From assembly GCF_009914755.1 (NCBI RefSeq), contig NC_060933.1: DNA of 64,000 bases; one strand, written 5' to 3'. The notes below the pieces were generated by a model. The model worked only from the letters and a program-made list of their open reading frames with translations. It ran no database searches and was not told the DNA's origin. The DNA comes from the human T2T-CHM13v2.0 reference genome, Homo sapiens. Positions 12,963-28,380 of the stretch are shown here, piece after piece (the first letter of the stretch is position 1; every line of letters begins with the position of its first letter). A program made the position numbers and the translations under genes.

Positions 12963-14987
12963 ATTGTATTTTGTTTTTTAAATAAAATATGTGGAAAGAG
13001 AGAAAAGCCAACCAGAAATATGGTAGAAAGAGCACTGGACTAGATTCAGGGGAGGCGTGGCCATCGTCTAGCCTTATCTATGACGTCTATTCTCTCTGAG
13101 CCTCAGTTTCCTCTACTGCATAACCACTTAGGTTCTTCTGATGTATGATGGACCCTATGATTTATTTTACTTGATATTTAATAGCAGAGCTTTATTATTT
13201 TAAAAAATCCTCAAATTATTAGTTTGAGCTAAATGTTATTCTATATAGATATTCTCAGTGAAATGTTGGAGCTGCCTCAGACATGTAAATCAAAGATGTG
13301 TTCAGTATTTTAATTTCTTTCATGTGTTTGAAGATGCATTTCCCATGCATCCATGGTTTTAGCCATGAATAAAACATAGTATTATGGAAGGTATAATGGT
13401 ATAAAATCCAGAAGGATAGATCTGGGCTCAAATCGCAGACTAGAGATAGATGACTTAGCAAGTTACTCAGTTTTCCCCAACTAGATTCTTTTTAATAGTA
13501 ACAGTAGCAGCAATAATATCTATCTTATTGGGTTATTAAAAGATTAAATGAGACAGTGTGTGTAATTGCAGAGTGCCTGGCATTTTACTCAATTCTCAGT
13601 AAATGTATCATGTATTCAAAGTAGTAATTTTGGCTAATTCAAAAACTATTTGCATGCTAAAAGTTGTAGTGCCTAGTATTAATTTAGTTCGTGGCCTCTG
13701 TATGATTTTCTGTCCTTTTGAAGATGTATCCATGACAGAAGTAATAATAAGCAGACTGCTAGAGCATCCTGAGCATGTGTCATGGGCCAGGCATTGGGCT
13801 GTGTGCCTTATGTATGTTGTCTCATTCTAAGATTTCCTTTTCTTTTTCTTCAAAATGTTAACTCTACTTAGTTGAAAGTATTGGACTATGATAACAGCAG
13901 AGACAAGATGCCGTGGTAGAAACTTTTTTAATTTTTTTGAATTGGTAATCATGGGTCCTGATAACTTGTTATAGTTGTTTCTTCATTTTTTTTTTTTTTG
14001 TAAAACAATTCTGCGTTTTGAATTGTGTATAATCTGAGATGGATTCAATTTTTTTTCTTTTGTGGAAACAAACTTAATTGAGCTTATACTATTCCAGAAG
14101 TTTTAAGATGTGGCATCTTCACAACTATCCTGTTTGTGAATTTTGTAGGCTTGTCATTGTTTTCACATCTATAAAAATGTGGTCAATTTGTGGATGCTCT
14201 TTTACTTATAGAATCAGAAGTGGGTGGTGTAAGAGATTCTACACATTTATCAAACTATGGAACTTTAGAAGGAAGAGTACTGAAAGGTTAGCCTTACCAG
14301 GTACTTCTAGCGTAATTTCTCTCTTCTATTTTGAATGCTTCTTTATGTATAAAGATGAATATCAAATTCAGTAGCTTGTTAACAAAGCAACTAGTGAGTG
14401 ATGTCATTGCTAAACAAATTCAGTACACTGTTTTATACGTATGCAGTCTCTGTCTCAGTTAAAGAAATTAGTAGATATGTGAACTATAAATATATTAAAT
14501 GAGGCAGAAAAAAATCATGCATAGCCTCATCAAGCATCTAGATGCATAGGTCCACAGATAATGATCTTCATCAAGTTATGTACGTGAATCTGCCTGTTCA
14601 ATAATTAGTACCATTCTTTTGTCATAATCCTGACTTTATAATGAACCTAATGCAGTAAGGCCAAAAAACTTTGTAGATGTTAATCTATGTACATTGTATT
14701 TGAGTAAATGTCCTTGTTTATCAGCAGACTTTCATTGCAAGCTTGAATTGGAAACCACATACAGACCTTTCCCTAATCCTAACTTCATCTTTTTTTTTAA
14801 ATCAGAGAAAAATAATGAATTTATTCTATCAATAATTCTTAAAATAGCTTGGTAATAACTATCATTTATAAAGATTACCACTGTATCTAAGAAAAAACAA
14901 TACACAGTCAGTAATTCTCATCAAAATCACTTGAACGTTGCTTTAGGTTTCAGTGGCACTCTAGTTTAAGGAAGTACTTTATTATTG

Positions 14988-17512
<2,525 letters not shown>

Positions 17513-18109
17513 TCACTTGTATTTTTATTAATACTTAGTATTTAACACCAAAATATTTGGACTAGGAGTTCTCTAAGTCTGTGAATACATCCAAAAATTA
17601 AGATTTACTCTGGGGGAAATTATGTACTGATGAAGTAGAATGAGTCTTGGATATACTTAATCTGCTGTGGTTAAAGGAAGTCACTATCAGCCAACTCAGT
17701 AACGTTACTTTGTTTTTTATGTTTAGATGTACAAATAAAAATAGCTGTTATATATTTGTTAGATTTTGATGAAGAGCTTGCTTCATATGGTAAAGAGCTC
17801 TTCACATACATTGTTGTAGCAGAAGCGAAGGTTCATTGGATATAGGCTCTTTCCTTATAGAGTGACAGCATACATGCCTGGTAAAGTTGAAAGATCTCTA
17901 GCTTTCATGTTACTGGGTGTTAGGACATTTCTCTCAGGAATTGAAGATCGAATGTCCACATTAAGGACATTCTAGACATTCTAAGTCCTTATTCTAAGGA
18001 TACACTGACTTTTCTGGCTACATGGGTACAGATCTGTTCAGTGATTCTGTGGATAACTTTTTAAGAAAAATATGCTACATATTTTCCAAGGATTCCTTAA
18101 CTACTTCCT

Positions 18110-18206
18110 GGAGGCAGGGAGGGAAGGAGGGAGAGAAAGAGAGGGAGGGAGGAGGGAGGAAGAGAGGGAGAGAGGGAGACAGAGAGAGAGAGAGAGAGAG
18201 TGTGTG

Positions 18207-18248
<42 letters not shown>

Positions 18249-18257
18249 TGTGTGTGT
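18110..18257. repeat. Compound purine-rich/(GA)n + (TG)n microsatellite
   Basis: GGGA/GA tract at 18110-18200 followed by an interrupted (TG)n. Confidence 0.95.
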
Positions 18258-18557
18258 AATTTGGTATATAATATAGTTATATATAATTTGATATTTTTTT
18301 AATGACTCTTGGATAGCATAAGAAAATGTTACCAAAAGAGTGAAATCTTGATTAGTTTGAACTTACCTCACTGGTGTCTCATGTAACCTGTTATTGTTAA
18401 GATGTGGTGCCATAAAGAGGGCCACTCAGATTCAGCACATTGGCAGTTGGTTGGAGTTTGGATCTGGAAGCATCCTATTTTGTGGTTTTCTTAAGTTAAA
18501 ACTTTATTTTAAAAGAGAAAATAAATATACAGGCTCTTTTTAAGATCAGGCAGGCCC

Positions 18558-18785
18558 ACAGTCTTTTATCCACTATTCTGAAATCCAGAAAGCTCTGAAA
18601 ACTGAAAGGTTTTTTTTGCATCTCATTCATAACAAAACTGAACCTGGCTTGAAGTGATGTAAAAGTGTATTAATGTTTGATTATAGACTGTTATTCCAGC
18701 CCCTGTTAGAGTATATGCATCATATTGCCTTTAGGAAATTCCCCAGATACTGAATTCTAAAGCACATCTGGCCCTCAAGGATTTC
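18558..18785 (+). mobile_element. MER46C-like Tigger fragment
   Basis: ttctgaaatccagaaagctctgaaaactgaa...cacatctggccctcaaggatttc resembles the recalled consensus. Confidence 0.6.
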
Positions 18786-19328
18786 CTGACATGCCTTTTC
18801 CAAGTCCAGCCTTGGAACTTGTGTGCTTACCTTATCTCTAACTCTCATTGAAAAGAGGCAAAGCGGTCAAAAACCTTGTCCTTTTCAGCTTTGAGCCTTC
18901 CTGCATTCCTGTGAGGGGCCTGCGTTGTAGTAGTCGTTTGTCATAAATCAGTGAAGGGAGGGAGGAATGTTCAGGCAGGTGTTCCAAACCAGTCAGCCAG
19001 CAATTTCCTGTCCAGTGTCCTAGGCTTAAATTAAGCCATGAAACTCAGTTGCCTGATGAAACTGAAGTTATCAAGTAACAATTTAGGACCTTTCCCCGGC
19101 ATTTAAAATCATGAGAATGAAAATGCTCAAGCATCTCAGGGTGGTAAAATGACTCTTGGTTGGGGTTGCAGATCACACTATGCCCACAGCCATTATCTCA
19201 CCTCCTGGATCCTATTGAGAGCATCCTAAGAAGAGAATGCCAGAAACTTGTTATGATCGTTGTGGTGACAGTCTTCAGGTTATAAAAAAATGTAGGAATA
19301 CACTACATTCTCCTGCTCTTACATAGAC

Positions 19329-19541
19329 AAAGGGATGAGTAAACTATGGCCCACAGGCCAAATCTACTTCCCAGTTTGTTTTTCTGTGGCCTGTAAGGGA
19401 AAAATAGTTTTTACATCTTTGACAGGGCATAAACAAGTAAACAAAGAAAAAAGTGTACAAGACCTTATGTGGGTTGCAGAGCCTAAAATGATTGTTGTCA
19501 AGCTGTCAAACACTTTACACAAAAAGATTTGCCGACCTTTG
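19329..19541 (+). mobile_element. MER58-family hAT-Charlie element
   Basis: aaactatggcccacaggccaaatct...aaaaagatttgccgacctttg. Degenerate 8-bp TSD acatagac/atgtagac. Confidence 0.75.
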
Positions 19542-20668
19542 ATGTAGACCATCAGTTTAACTCCCAGCCTTACTGCTCCTATTTTTAAGATTGATTCTTT
19601 CCTTCTCCATTCCTATTCTCCTTTGTCTTCAAGAGTTGGCTGACTCTGTGGTCATTCAGGGCTCATAGTTACTTTTTTGCATGAAATGAGAACCCTAAAA
19701 GATGGTTTATGTCCCCTTTTTGAAATGTACACAGGAAGAAACTCTTAGGTAGAATTAAATTGAGCGTAAACATGAAGTTTAAACTTGTTTTGATATTCAG
19801 GTGTGGAGAGAACCAGTTAAAGAGTTTACATGGTACCTATGCCAATTTTACAAAGGCACCATTACTCTGGTCCCTTAATCAACAATGATCCATGTCTAAA
19901 TTATGTAATTCTGGAATATCAGTATAATTTAGGAATCATACTGTGAGCCATTCTATTTTTTTCTAAATTATGTAAGTTACATCAACATACAACTTTTTAT
20001 ATCTTGCCTTTTAATCCATGAACTGATAAGGTGTGGTTAATCTCACTGATCTTGAAATATTCTCCGTATTTTGTATTAGGAGATTAGTAAAAATCAGTTG
20101 AGACCTAGAGTCAGAAATATTACATTCTAATACTAGCTTGACTCCTCTAGCTTTGTGACCTTAAGCAGTCACCTAATCTCACAGGAGTTCTGTTTGCTCA
20201 TTAACATGGCAGTAATAATACTATCCAAATAAAGTTTTGTGGAGGGCATGTACAATGATGAAACGTGCAGAAATGGTATTGGTGAAGCTGTAATGAACTT
20301 ATGACGACAGTTTATCATTTATACATATACTGACTCATTTCTTAAGATATCAGAAACCATAATTCCATAGAAAGCCTGAGAACCAAAAGGAATGAGGTTG
20401 CTTTTTAATTTACATTATTTTCATCTATTTCTAATATGGATGTCTTAAAAATGAGAAGGAGTATTTATTCCTATAATGCATATCCTCAATTAAATGGTTA
20501 TATTAGTTAGCAATTACTACCTAAGAACTTCCTCTAAACCATACTGGTATGAAATCGAAAGCATTTGCTACATCTGATTGGTCTCTGTGTTGGCTGCGGT
20601 GGAAGCTTTTCTCTCTAGGCTGGGCTTGAATTTGCTTATATGTCTGCAGTCAGCTGGGTGGTCTAGAA

Positions 20669-21021
20669 CAGGGATCCCCAAACCCCAGGCCATAGACCGG
20701 TACTGACCTGTGTCCTGTTAGAACCCAGGCTGCACAGCAGGAGGTGAGTGGCGGCTGAGTGAGCATTACCACCTGAGCTCCACCTCCTGTCACATCAGCA
20801 GTGGCATTAGATTCTCATAGGCATGCGTACTCTATTGTGAACTGTGCAATGCAGGGATCTAGGTTGTACACTTCTTATGAGAATCTTAACTATTGCCTGA
20901 TGATCTGAAGTGGAACAGTTTCATCCCAAAACCAAACCACTACCGCCACCCCACCTCCGTCCATGGAAAAATTGTCTTCCATGAAGCCATTCCTTGGTGC
21001 CAAAAAGATTGGGGACTGCTG
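20669..21021 (+). mobile_element. MER1B hAT-Charlie element nested in an old MLT1-like LTR (about 20610-21275)
   Basis: Terminal inverted repeats cagggatcccca / ttggggactgctg. Perfect 8-bp TSD gtctagaa at 20661-20668 and 21022-21029. Confidence 0.88.
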
Positions 21022-22256
21022 GTCTAGAACGACTTCAGCTCAACTGACCAGGCTCTCCCTCATGTATCTATGGTATCCCTCTAGCAGGCTAGCCAAGGCT
21101 TGTTCTTTTGGCACTAGTCCAGAGTCTAGGAGAGCCTCTCTTTGCATCATGTGTGCTACTGTGCCATTGGCCAAAGCAAGTCATATGGCTGAGTCTAGCA
21201 TCAGTGACAGAGCCCTACCAAATGTGGATACAGGGAGGTGTGAAAAATTGCAGCCAATATTGCAGTCAGTCTAACACAGTAGTTTTAGAGGTAAAGGAAA
21301 GTCTGCCCAAGTGGTGACTGGCTTGTAGCCTGGCACATGCGTCATGGTTGGGCCCGTGTGCATGCGAACGGCTTGGTAATTTCAGTGCTTCCCTTCTCAT
21401 TTCTCATCGCTGCACTAGAACCGTGGCAGCCTTACCATCTGACTGCTTCATGAGAAATAGCCCACGCCCAAATACACACCTCTTGTGTTTGAAATAACAC
21501 AAAGAGTATTGTTTCCAAGACGACTTTGATGAAATGTCAGCTTTCCCTGGGTTCTAAACCCATATAAGAAGCATTGTTACCCTCATTCCTGCTGGGTAAT
21601 TTGTATACTGCAATAGTTTGTTTGAAAACATGCCCGTTGTTCTTTAAAATATGCTTAATGCTAGATTAGAACAGATTTTTTTTTCTGTTTATGCAAGCTC
21701 ATTTCTAAAGCATTTAAAATAAAGAGCTTGGGCATGTGTGGTATTTAAAAACCCCTCACATGATGTTTTTAAAACAGATCAATTTCAGCATTAAAATGTT
21801 AGGAATTCAGCCAAGGAAAATTCAGCTTGGATTGTATAGCTGTAATGATAATGTATTATAACCATCTTCTTTGAAAGTGATTGTAGTAACAGAATTGAAC
21901 CTGGTGAATTATATAATTTAACAGTGTTCACCAGAATACTACTCTAGGGGGATTATTCAAGCCTTTCCTAAAGCAAAACAAAACATGGATTTTATTATCA
22001 CAAGATAGTCATCACAAAATATCTAAAGATAACTCATTTGGATTGAACAGAAGGTCATATGTCTGAACATCACTTATCCCACTTAACTACTTGGCAGGAT
22101 ATTAGTATGTAAGAGTGCATGATTTTTGTTTTTTAGCTACTTTGTCTTGTATTAAAAATGTCTTGAGTTTGCTTATTACTTACCCAAAAGGTATTTTCAC
22201 GTCAGAAGTAACTTCATAATTGAGACATTAGTGATTCACAAATTGACTCCCAAGTA

Positions 22257-22601
22257 CAGATGGCCCTCTATATTCCTGGGTTCCACATCCTCAGCTTCAA
22301 CTAACCACAGATTGAAAGTATTTGGAAAAAAAATACAATAAAAAGTTCAAATAAAAATACAGCATGTACATTATATTATAAATAATAGAGATGATTTAGT
22401 TATAAAGAGGTATAAGTAATACTATAAATAGGCATTATAAACTAGAGATGATTTAAAATATACAGGAGGATGTGTCTAGGTTATATGCAGATACTATATC
22501 ATTTTATATCAGGGACTTGTGTGCCCTCTGATTTTGGTATCTGCAGGGGAGAGGGAGGAGTGTCCTGGAACCAAACGCCCATGGATACCTAAGGATGACT
22601 G
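22257..22601 (+). mobile_element. Tigger3a/MER7A-like element
   Basis: cagatggccctctatatt...ggatacctaaggatgactg flanked by TA. Confidence 0.8.
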
Positions 22602-22730
22602 TAATTTAGAAAGTTTATATATCAGTCATATTATTTAGGCATATTAATCTTTTTAAAACTTTTGTAAAAGCTTTGAACCAACAACCAGTTTCTAAACATT
22701 ATCAAAACATCTGTAATGTTGGTTTCTCTT

Positions 22731-23187
22731 CGGGGTTGAATTGTGTCTCAAAAAGATGTAATAAAATTCTGATCCACGGTACCTGTGACTGTGACTTTAT
22801 TTAGAAATAGGGTCTTGGCAGATGTCATCGAGTTAAGATGAGGTCATCCGGGAATCAAGTTGGCCCTGCATCCAGTGACTCATGTCCTTATAAGGAGAGA
22901 GAGGTTTGACGATACAGAGGAGGCACAGAAAGGAAGGCCATGAGAAAGCAAAGAGGAAAGACTGGAGTTGTGCTGCCACAAACCGAAGAATGCCAAGGAT
23001 TGCCAGCAACCACCAGAAGCTGGAAGAGGCAAAGAAGCATTCTTCCCTGGAGCCTTTGGAGGGAGCATGGTCCTGCCAATGCCTTGTTTTCAGACTTGCA
23101 GACTCCAGAACCGCAAGAAATAAATGTCTGTTGCTTTAAGCCACCTAGTTTGTGGTGGTTTGTTGTGGCAGCCCCAGGAAACTAATA
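22731..23187 (+). mobile_element. MLT1B/C-like ERVL-MaLR solo LTR
   Basis: gggttgaattgtgtc...aataaatgtctgttgctttaagccacctagtttgtgg...ggaaactaata. Confidence 0.85.
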
Positions 23188-23969
23188 ATGGCTCCCAAGA
23201 GCGAAGTTTATCTGTCAGTTGTGTTTCATCGTCAGTGAAGTACTTGCTGTATGATGCTAAATCCAGTGAGCATCTACGTTTAATAAGCCCCAGAACTGTA
23301 CATGTTAAAAGCTTTTAAAATTTTGTCATTTGGTATCATCTAGTCAGGTGCAGACACTGCACTTAGGCTCTGGGGATACTGTGGTGAAAACCCTGAATAA
23401 ATTTCTGCCCACATGCAGCTCACATTTCACTGGGAAGACACACAGTAATTATAGATTAGCAATAATGACAGTATTGCCTCAGTTTGCGTTTATGTAGCCT
23501 ACATTCTTCTTCTCCCCCGAATCGTAATTGCCCTTGGATCCAGCCGTGGGTGATGCAACGAGCTCACCATGCTCCTCACTTGCTCATGGGCTTGGGTTAG
23601 TGTTGCCATGGCCACGTACAAGTTATACAGAAGCGCAATTCACATGAATCTACGATGTTCTGGTGTTTCCTGGAGTTGTAGCATCTACATCCTGTGTGGT
23701 CATATGTGGTGGCCCCATGGGTGCCAAATTTTCTTCCTTGTCTCTCCCTTCAAAAATATCTCTCAAGTGGAGACCTCAGAGCTTTTCCTTCTCTAATCTT
23801 TTCAGAAAACAAAACAAAATAAAATTTTGTAACATTCTTTTTTCCTCGTCTTTCATTTTTATAGAACTTAAGTAGTTTTTACTTCTTACATGTTTGATAG
23901 AGTTCTCAGCCTACATCAAATATATTTGAATCCAGAATTGTCAACCCTAATGAAGCAAGTCCCTTGTCA

Positions 23970-24013
23970 TTCCTTGGCCTCTTCCTTGCCCTTCCTTGGC
24001 CTCTTCCTTGCCC
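23970..24013. repeat. Perfect 22-bp tandem duplication (ttccttggcctcttccttgccc)x2
   Basis: Seen directly in the sequence. Confidence 0.9.
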
Positions 24014-24220
24014 TCTTTTCTTGATGTTGCCTTACTGCTCTTTGTACAGGCTGGTTTCTTTTCACAATACACAAGTGTAATTTGCTGAGCCTCCTATAAG
24101 AGGCAGTCCTTAAAATCAGAGGCCTGTCTTCAACTATCAGCCCTTTGTGACCTTGCATGAGTTACTTCGTCCCCTAGGATTCAAGTTTCCTCCTGTTCAA
24201 AGTGAAGAGGTTGAGGTAGA

Positions 24221-24359
24221 CAAGTGCTTCTCAAACTTTTAATGAGCGTTAAAAGCACACGATTCAGTAGGTCTGGCAGTGAGACTGGGGTTCTGCATTT
24301 CTAACAAGCCCTCAGGAGATGCTGTTGGACAGTGGACCACACTTTTTTGAGTAGCAAGA
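24221..24359 (+). mobile_element. MER5A-like hAT-Charlie fragment
   Basis: gtgcttctcaaactt...gattcagtaggtctgg...ctgcatttctaacaagc...ggaccacacttt..gagtagc. Confidence 0.75.
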
Positions 24360-24959
24360 GGCTAGATGATTTCTCTGGTCCCTCCCACCTAAAGATGAGA
24401 ACTTCCTTCCCTTGTTCCACGTTGAGAAGGCCCACCTTGCTGGTCTTCACATTTTAATAGTCTCACCATCTCTGCACACTGTCTACCAAAGGAAAGGTCA
24501 CAGTATACTTCGTGCTGTCCTATAGTGCTTATAAGGACCTGCCATCTGCAGTTCTTATTTTATAGCTTGGCCTTCTCCCCTTCAACCCCCGAAAGACTGA
24601 AAACCCACTATCTAATGCCTAATTAGAATTAGCCTTCAGGTTACATAGTTTTTGTGACTGTTTCCCTTGGTTATCTGCCATTCCTTCATTTCACAGTAAT
24701 GGTAGATTTATAACAGTCCTCATAACTGATTAAATGTCTCAATTCTTTTGCTTTATGTGGCATTCTTGGGCACTTAATTATACTACATTAAATGGTGTCT
24801 TGTTGCTGTCAGTGCAGTTGGATTGCAGTATAGATAGCATCTTTGGATATTTTTTAATATGTTCCTATCATACACTTTAAGCTTGTAAATAGAAGTGCTG
24901 AGCATGCATAAATGTGTTTTAAGAAATTATTTCTTTATTACTGTTTAGCTGAACTGATG

Positions 24960-25083
24960 GTGACACTAAACACTGAGGCTTTGATGTTTATACGATATTC
25001 TTCCCCACTAATTAACTGCACTAATGAAGTTAATTGTGGGGAAGAATGCCGTATAAAACATCAAAGCCTCGATGTTTAATCAC
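24960..25083. repeat. Imperfect palindrome/hairpin of about 120 nt
   Basis: gaggctttgatgtttatacgatattcttccccactaattaact pairs with agttaattgtggggaagaatgccgtataaaacatcaaagcctc. Confidence 0.9.
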
Positions 25084-26188
25084 AACTTAAAAAGAAGTTT
25101 TATACTCTTCAATTGCCAAATACATTCCAATTAGCTGAAGGAAGGTCAAAAATTCTGTTTTCTTCCATCTCATCTTCAGAGCTTTTCTGGTTGACCATTG
25201 GTTACTTGAGCTGCCTGAGTGTTAATCTAGACAAGCTGACAGTGGCATGTGGAGGACAACATATCTTCCCCCAAGCTATAAGCCAGCATAACTGAGAGAC
25301 TCAGTTTCTGCAAAAGGCAGTGATGACCTCTTCTGTAATGTGTTGATGAAAAATGAATGAACTCACAGAGTAATGCATTTCTCTACCCTCTAATTTTATT
25401 ATTAGCTTGACCCACTACTCCATTTTCCTATATGTTTCCATATGTTGCTCTTATAAGCCACTTCTCTAATTTCTGATAGGCATATTTCCTTGATGAATTC
25501 AGACTGCAAAACCAAGGAAATGTGTATGTGTGTGTGTGGGTATGTTTAAAGGCATAGGGCGTATGTAAGTGGAGGCTTTGCAAAGTTGATAAGAATTCTT
25601 AAATGACCAGTAGTAGAACAAGAACTCCTTCTCAGGTCAATTTCCCTGTGGTGTGTGTTACATCAATTTTTATTGTTGTTTTTTTTTTTTCTTAATCAGG
25701 CAGGGTTTACAATAGCAATAATGTAATTCAAATAAGCAATTATTGTAATTGACCTTGGCGATGAGTATCCTTGGCTTTTACCACAGTTTGCTTAATACCT
25801 GAGGATGGGCAATTATCTCATAATGCCCACTTTATTGAGATTATTGTTTTAATTATGGCACTCAAAATACATCACTTTGTCAGCATTGTAGAGTCAAGCA
25901 TGGAAGCACTGCATTCAGTATTCAGAAGTGCGTAAAGAGCATCTTGCCTCATCTTATGACATGGTTATGATTGCGTTTTTTCTCTCTCCCAACTGTGGTT
26001 TTGAAATGTAGTTCATCCTGACGTGACTGGCTTATAGGGAGAGAAAGTCTGGGATTTGTTGCTGAGCTAATTGTGCTCTCAGAAAGGATGAAGGTGACTT
26101 GTGCTGATAGGTAAGCAGGTCTAGTTGATTAGGAGTGGTAATTGATAGCAATCACAGTGGCTTGTTGATTATCTGAATATGCCTTAGG

Positions 26189-26370
26189 TCAGAGGTTGTC
26201 AACTTTAGAATCACCTGGGAGCTTTTAAGATTGCCTGTATCCAGGCCACTTACTTAAGCCTACCCTCTCTGGACAGCGTCTGATTTAATTGTTCTGGGGT
26301 GGGTTCCAGATGGGGCTTTTTGAAAGCTCCACAGGTGATTCTTATCCCCTGACAGACCTTAGAACCACTG
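26189..26370. mobile_element. MER5A/MER5A1-like element
   Basis: tagaatcacctgggagctttt...ctgatttaattgttctgggg...aagctccacaggtgattct...agaaccactg. Confidence 0.7.
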
Positions 26371-26961
26371 CCCGGTCCTTTGAATTATTTACTCCTTGCT
26401 GATTTGTCTCATTCCAACCATGACCCCATCCCAGATTTTAAGACTCCTTTTGGGGGTCCTTGTTGCTCTATACCTTACTCTTCCTCTCTTTCTTTCCAGA
26501 CTTAGCCTAAGCCTAGCCACCTCACATGCACATGCTTGAAATAGCCTCAGTGCAGATTTGGGTCCTAGTAATGCTAATTCTTCCCAAGCAGTTCCAGGTC
26601 TACCCCTCCCATAGGAAGTGTCAGTGGGTAAATTTCACCTCTTCATAAACGTGAAGTGTCATTTCTTACTAATGCCTCATTATGCTCTTACAATTCAGTT
26701 TTCTCTTGGTCACATAAATATGGCTTAACCTTTATCTAAGTTTTTTGAGTAAGGATCAGAATTTATTCTTTAACATCTGTCTTAAGTACTGGGTACCACT
26801 TTGTGGAAATTTAATTCTGGTTGATTAGATCAGTAGTTATGAAGTTCCTAGTTGTTTCTCACCTTCTTTGATAAACCTGGAGGATACTGTTCACACGCAT
26901 CTTGCAGTCCCTTGATTCCCTAAGGATAGGAATATTCTTTTAGGTTACCTAAGACTCCTGC

Positions 26962-27285
26962 TTCTTTTTTTTTTTCTTTTTTCAAATTTTTAGACAGGAT
27001 CTCACTCTCACTCAGGCTGGAGTGCAGTGGCACCATCTCTGCTCACTGCAGCCTCCCAGGCTCGAGATCTTCCCACTTTAACCTTCCCACAAGGTAGTTG
27101 GGACTATAGGAATGTGCCACCACTCCTGGCTTTTTTTTTTTTTTTTTTTTTTTTTTTTGTATTTTCTGTAGAGACAGGGTTTCGCCATGCTGCCCAGTCT
27201 GGTCTCGAACTCTTGGACTCAAGCAGTCTGCCTGCCTCAGCCTCCCGAAGCAATGAGATTACAGGCATGAGCCACCATGCCTGGT
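26962..27285 (-). mobile_element. Alu (AluJ-like) with expanded middle T-run
   Basis: Alu consensus. Degenerate TSD ga(c/t)tcctgc. Confidence 0.93.
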
Positions 27286-27399
27286 GATTCCTGCCATTTT
27301 TACACTAAGAACCTGTATCTTATTGCAAATGCATGAAGATGGCATCATTATATTGACAAACTTGATTCCATTCTAATTTTGTATTCACATAGGAACACA

Positions 27400-28380
27400 C
27401 ATTTGTGTGAAGTGAGTCACTCATTTATATCCTAATGTCTCAGATTCATCCTCTTCCCCCTTCCCCAGTAGCCCTCCAGTCTAAACCACCAGCATTTCCC
27501 TCTGGACCACAGCAACAGCTCCTTACTGGCCCCCCATTTCTCCTCCAAGGCTCTGTTACCTGCCAGATCCACTTTAGCCCACACCAACAGCATGAGTAAA
27601 GTAGGGGCACCAAAAGTGGTAAAAACTCAGCTTTGATGATCTGATTCAGAATTTTGAAACCAGAATTCTACTATTTAATGTTAGCATACACAGAAGGTTT
27701 ATATTGTACACTTAGTGTTGTTTTTAATTGCAAAGGATGGAGGTAGGCAGTGTAATCTTTTCTGTTCTTATGGGCTTTAAAAATTCTTACTGTGATTCGA
27801 GCCTCCTCTCTGAATGATTTTTAGGATATGTGTGTCATCTCAACAGTCCCCTTCAGTGGCCCTTAGAATAAAACACACACCTCACCGTGTGCTGGGCCTG
27901 CACACTGTGGACCCCCTTTCTCCCAGCATCACCCCTCTGTGCTCTCCCACCTGCTCCCTCCACGTCAGCACCCAGTCCTCCTGTGTGCTCCAGTGCCATT
28001 GCCAGCTTTCCGCTTCTTCAGAGCTATGCATGTGTTATTCCCTCTTTCTAGAACAGTCTTCTGGCTGTCAGGAGGTTTGGCTCCAGCTTTTGCTTCAGGT
28101 GTCAGCCAGAATGTCATCTTTTTGCAGAAGCGTTTCCTGACCACCTGGCTGCTAGTTATTCTCAGTCTCAGCATCTTATGTTCTTTGTAACACATTGCCA
28201 TTCGCATTTATTTTATTTTTTATTAATGTTATTAGCAGCTTGTTTTACTTGATTTTTAATGTCCCTTAACTAGAACCAGTGCTCTGTGAGAACAAGGTCC
28301 CCATTCGCCCTCTTAATTGTATTTCTAGTGCCTTAGGGCCCAGCAGAATGCCTGGCAAATAGTGGGGACTCAATATAATA
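27400..28380 (+). mobile_element. LINE-2 fragments
   Basis: L2-type pyrimidine-rich 3' region ending ...tttctagtgcct...cagaatgcctggcaaatagtggggactcaata. Confidence 0.55.

Noticed and set aside
17770-17804. Small hairpin tgaagagct...agctcttca
   Set aside because: 9-bp arms with a 17-nt loop are plausible by chance in 64 kb.
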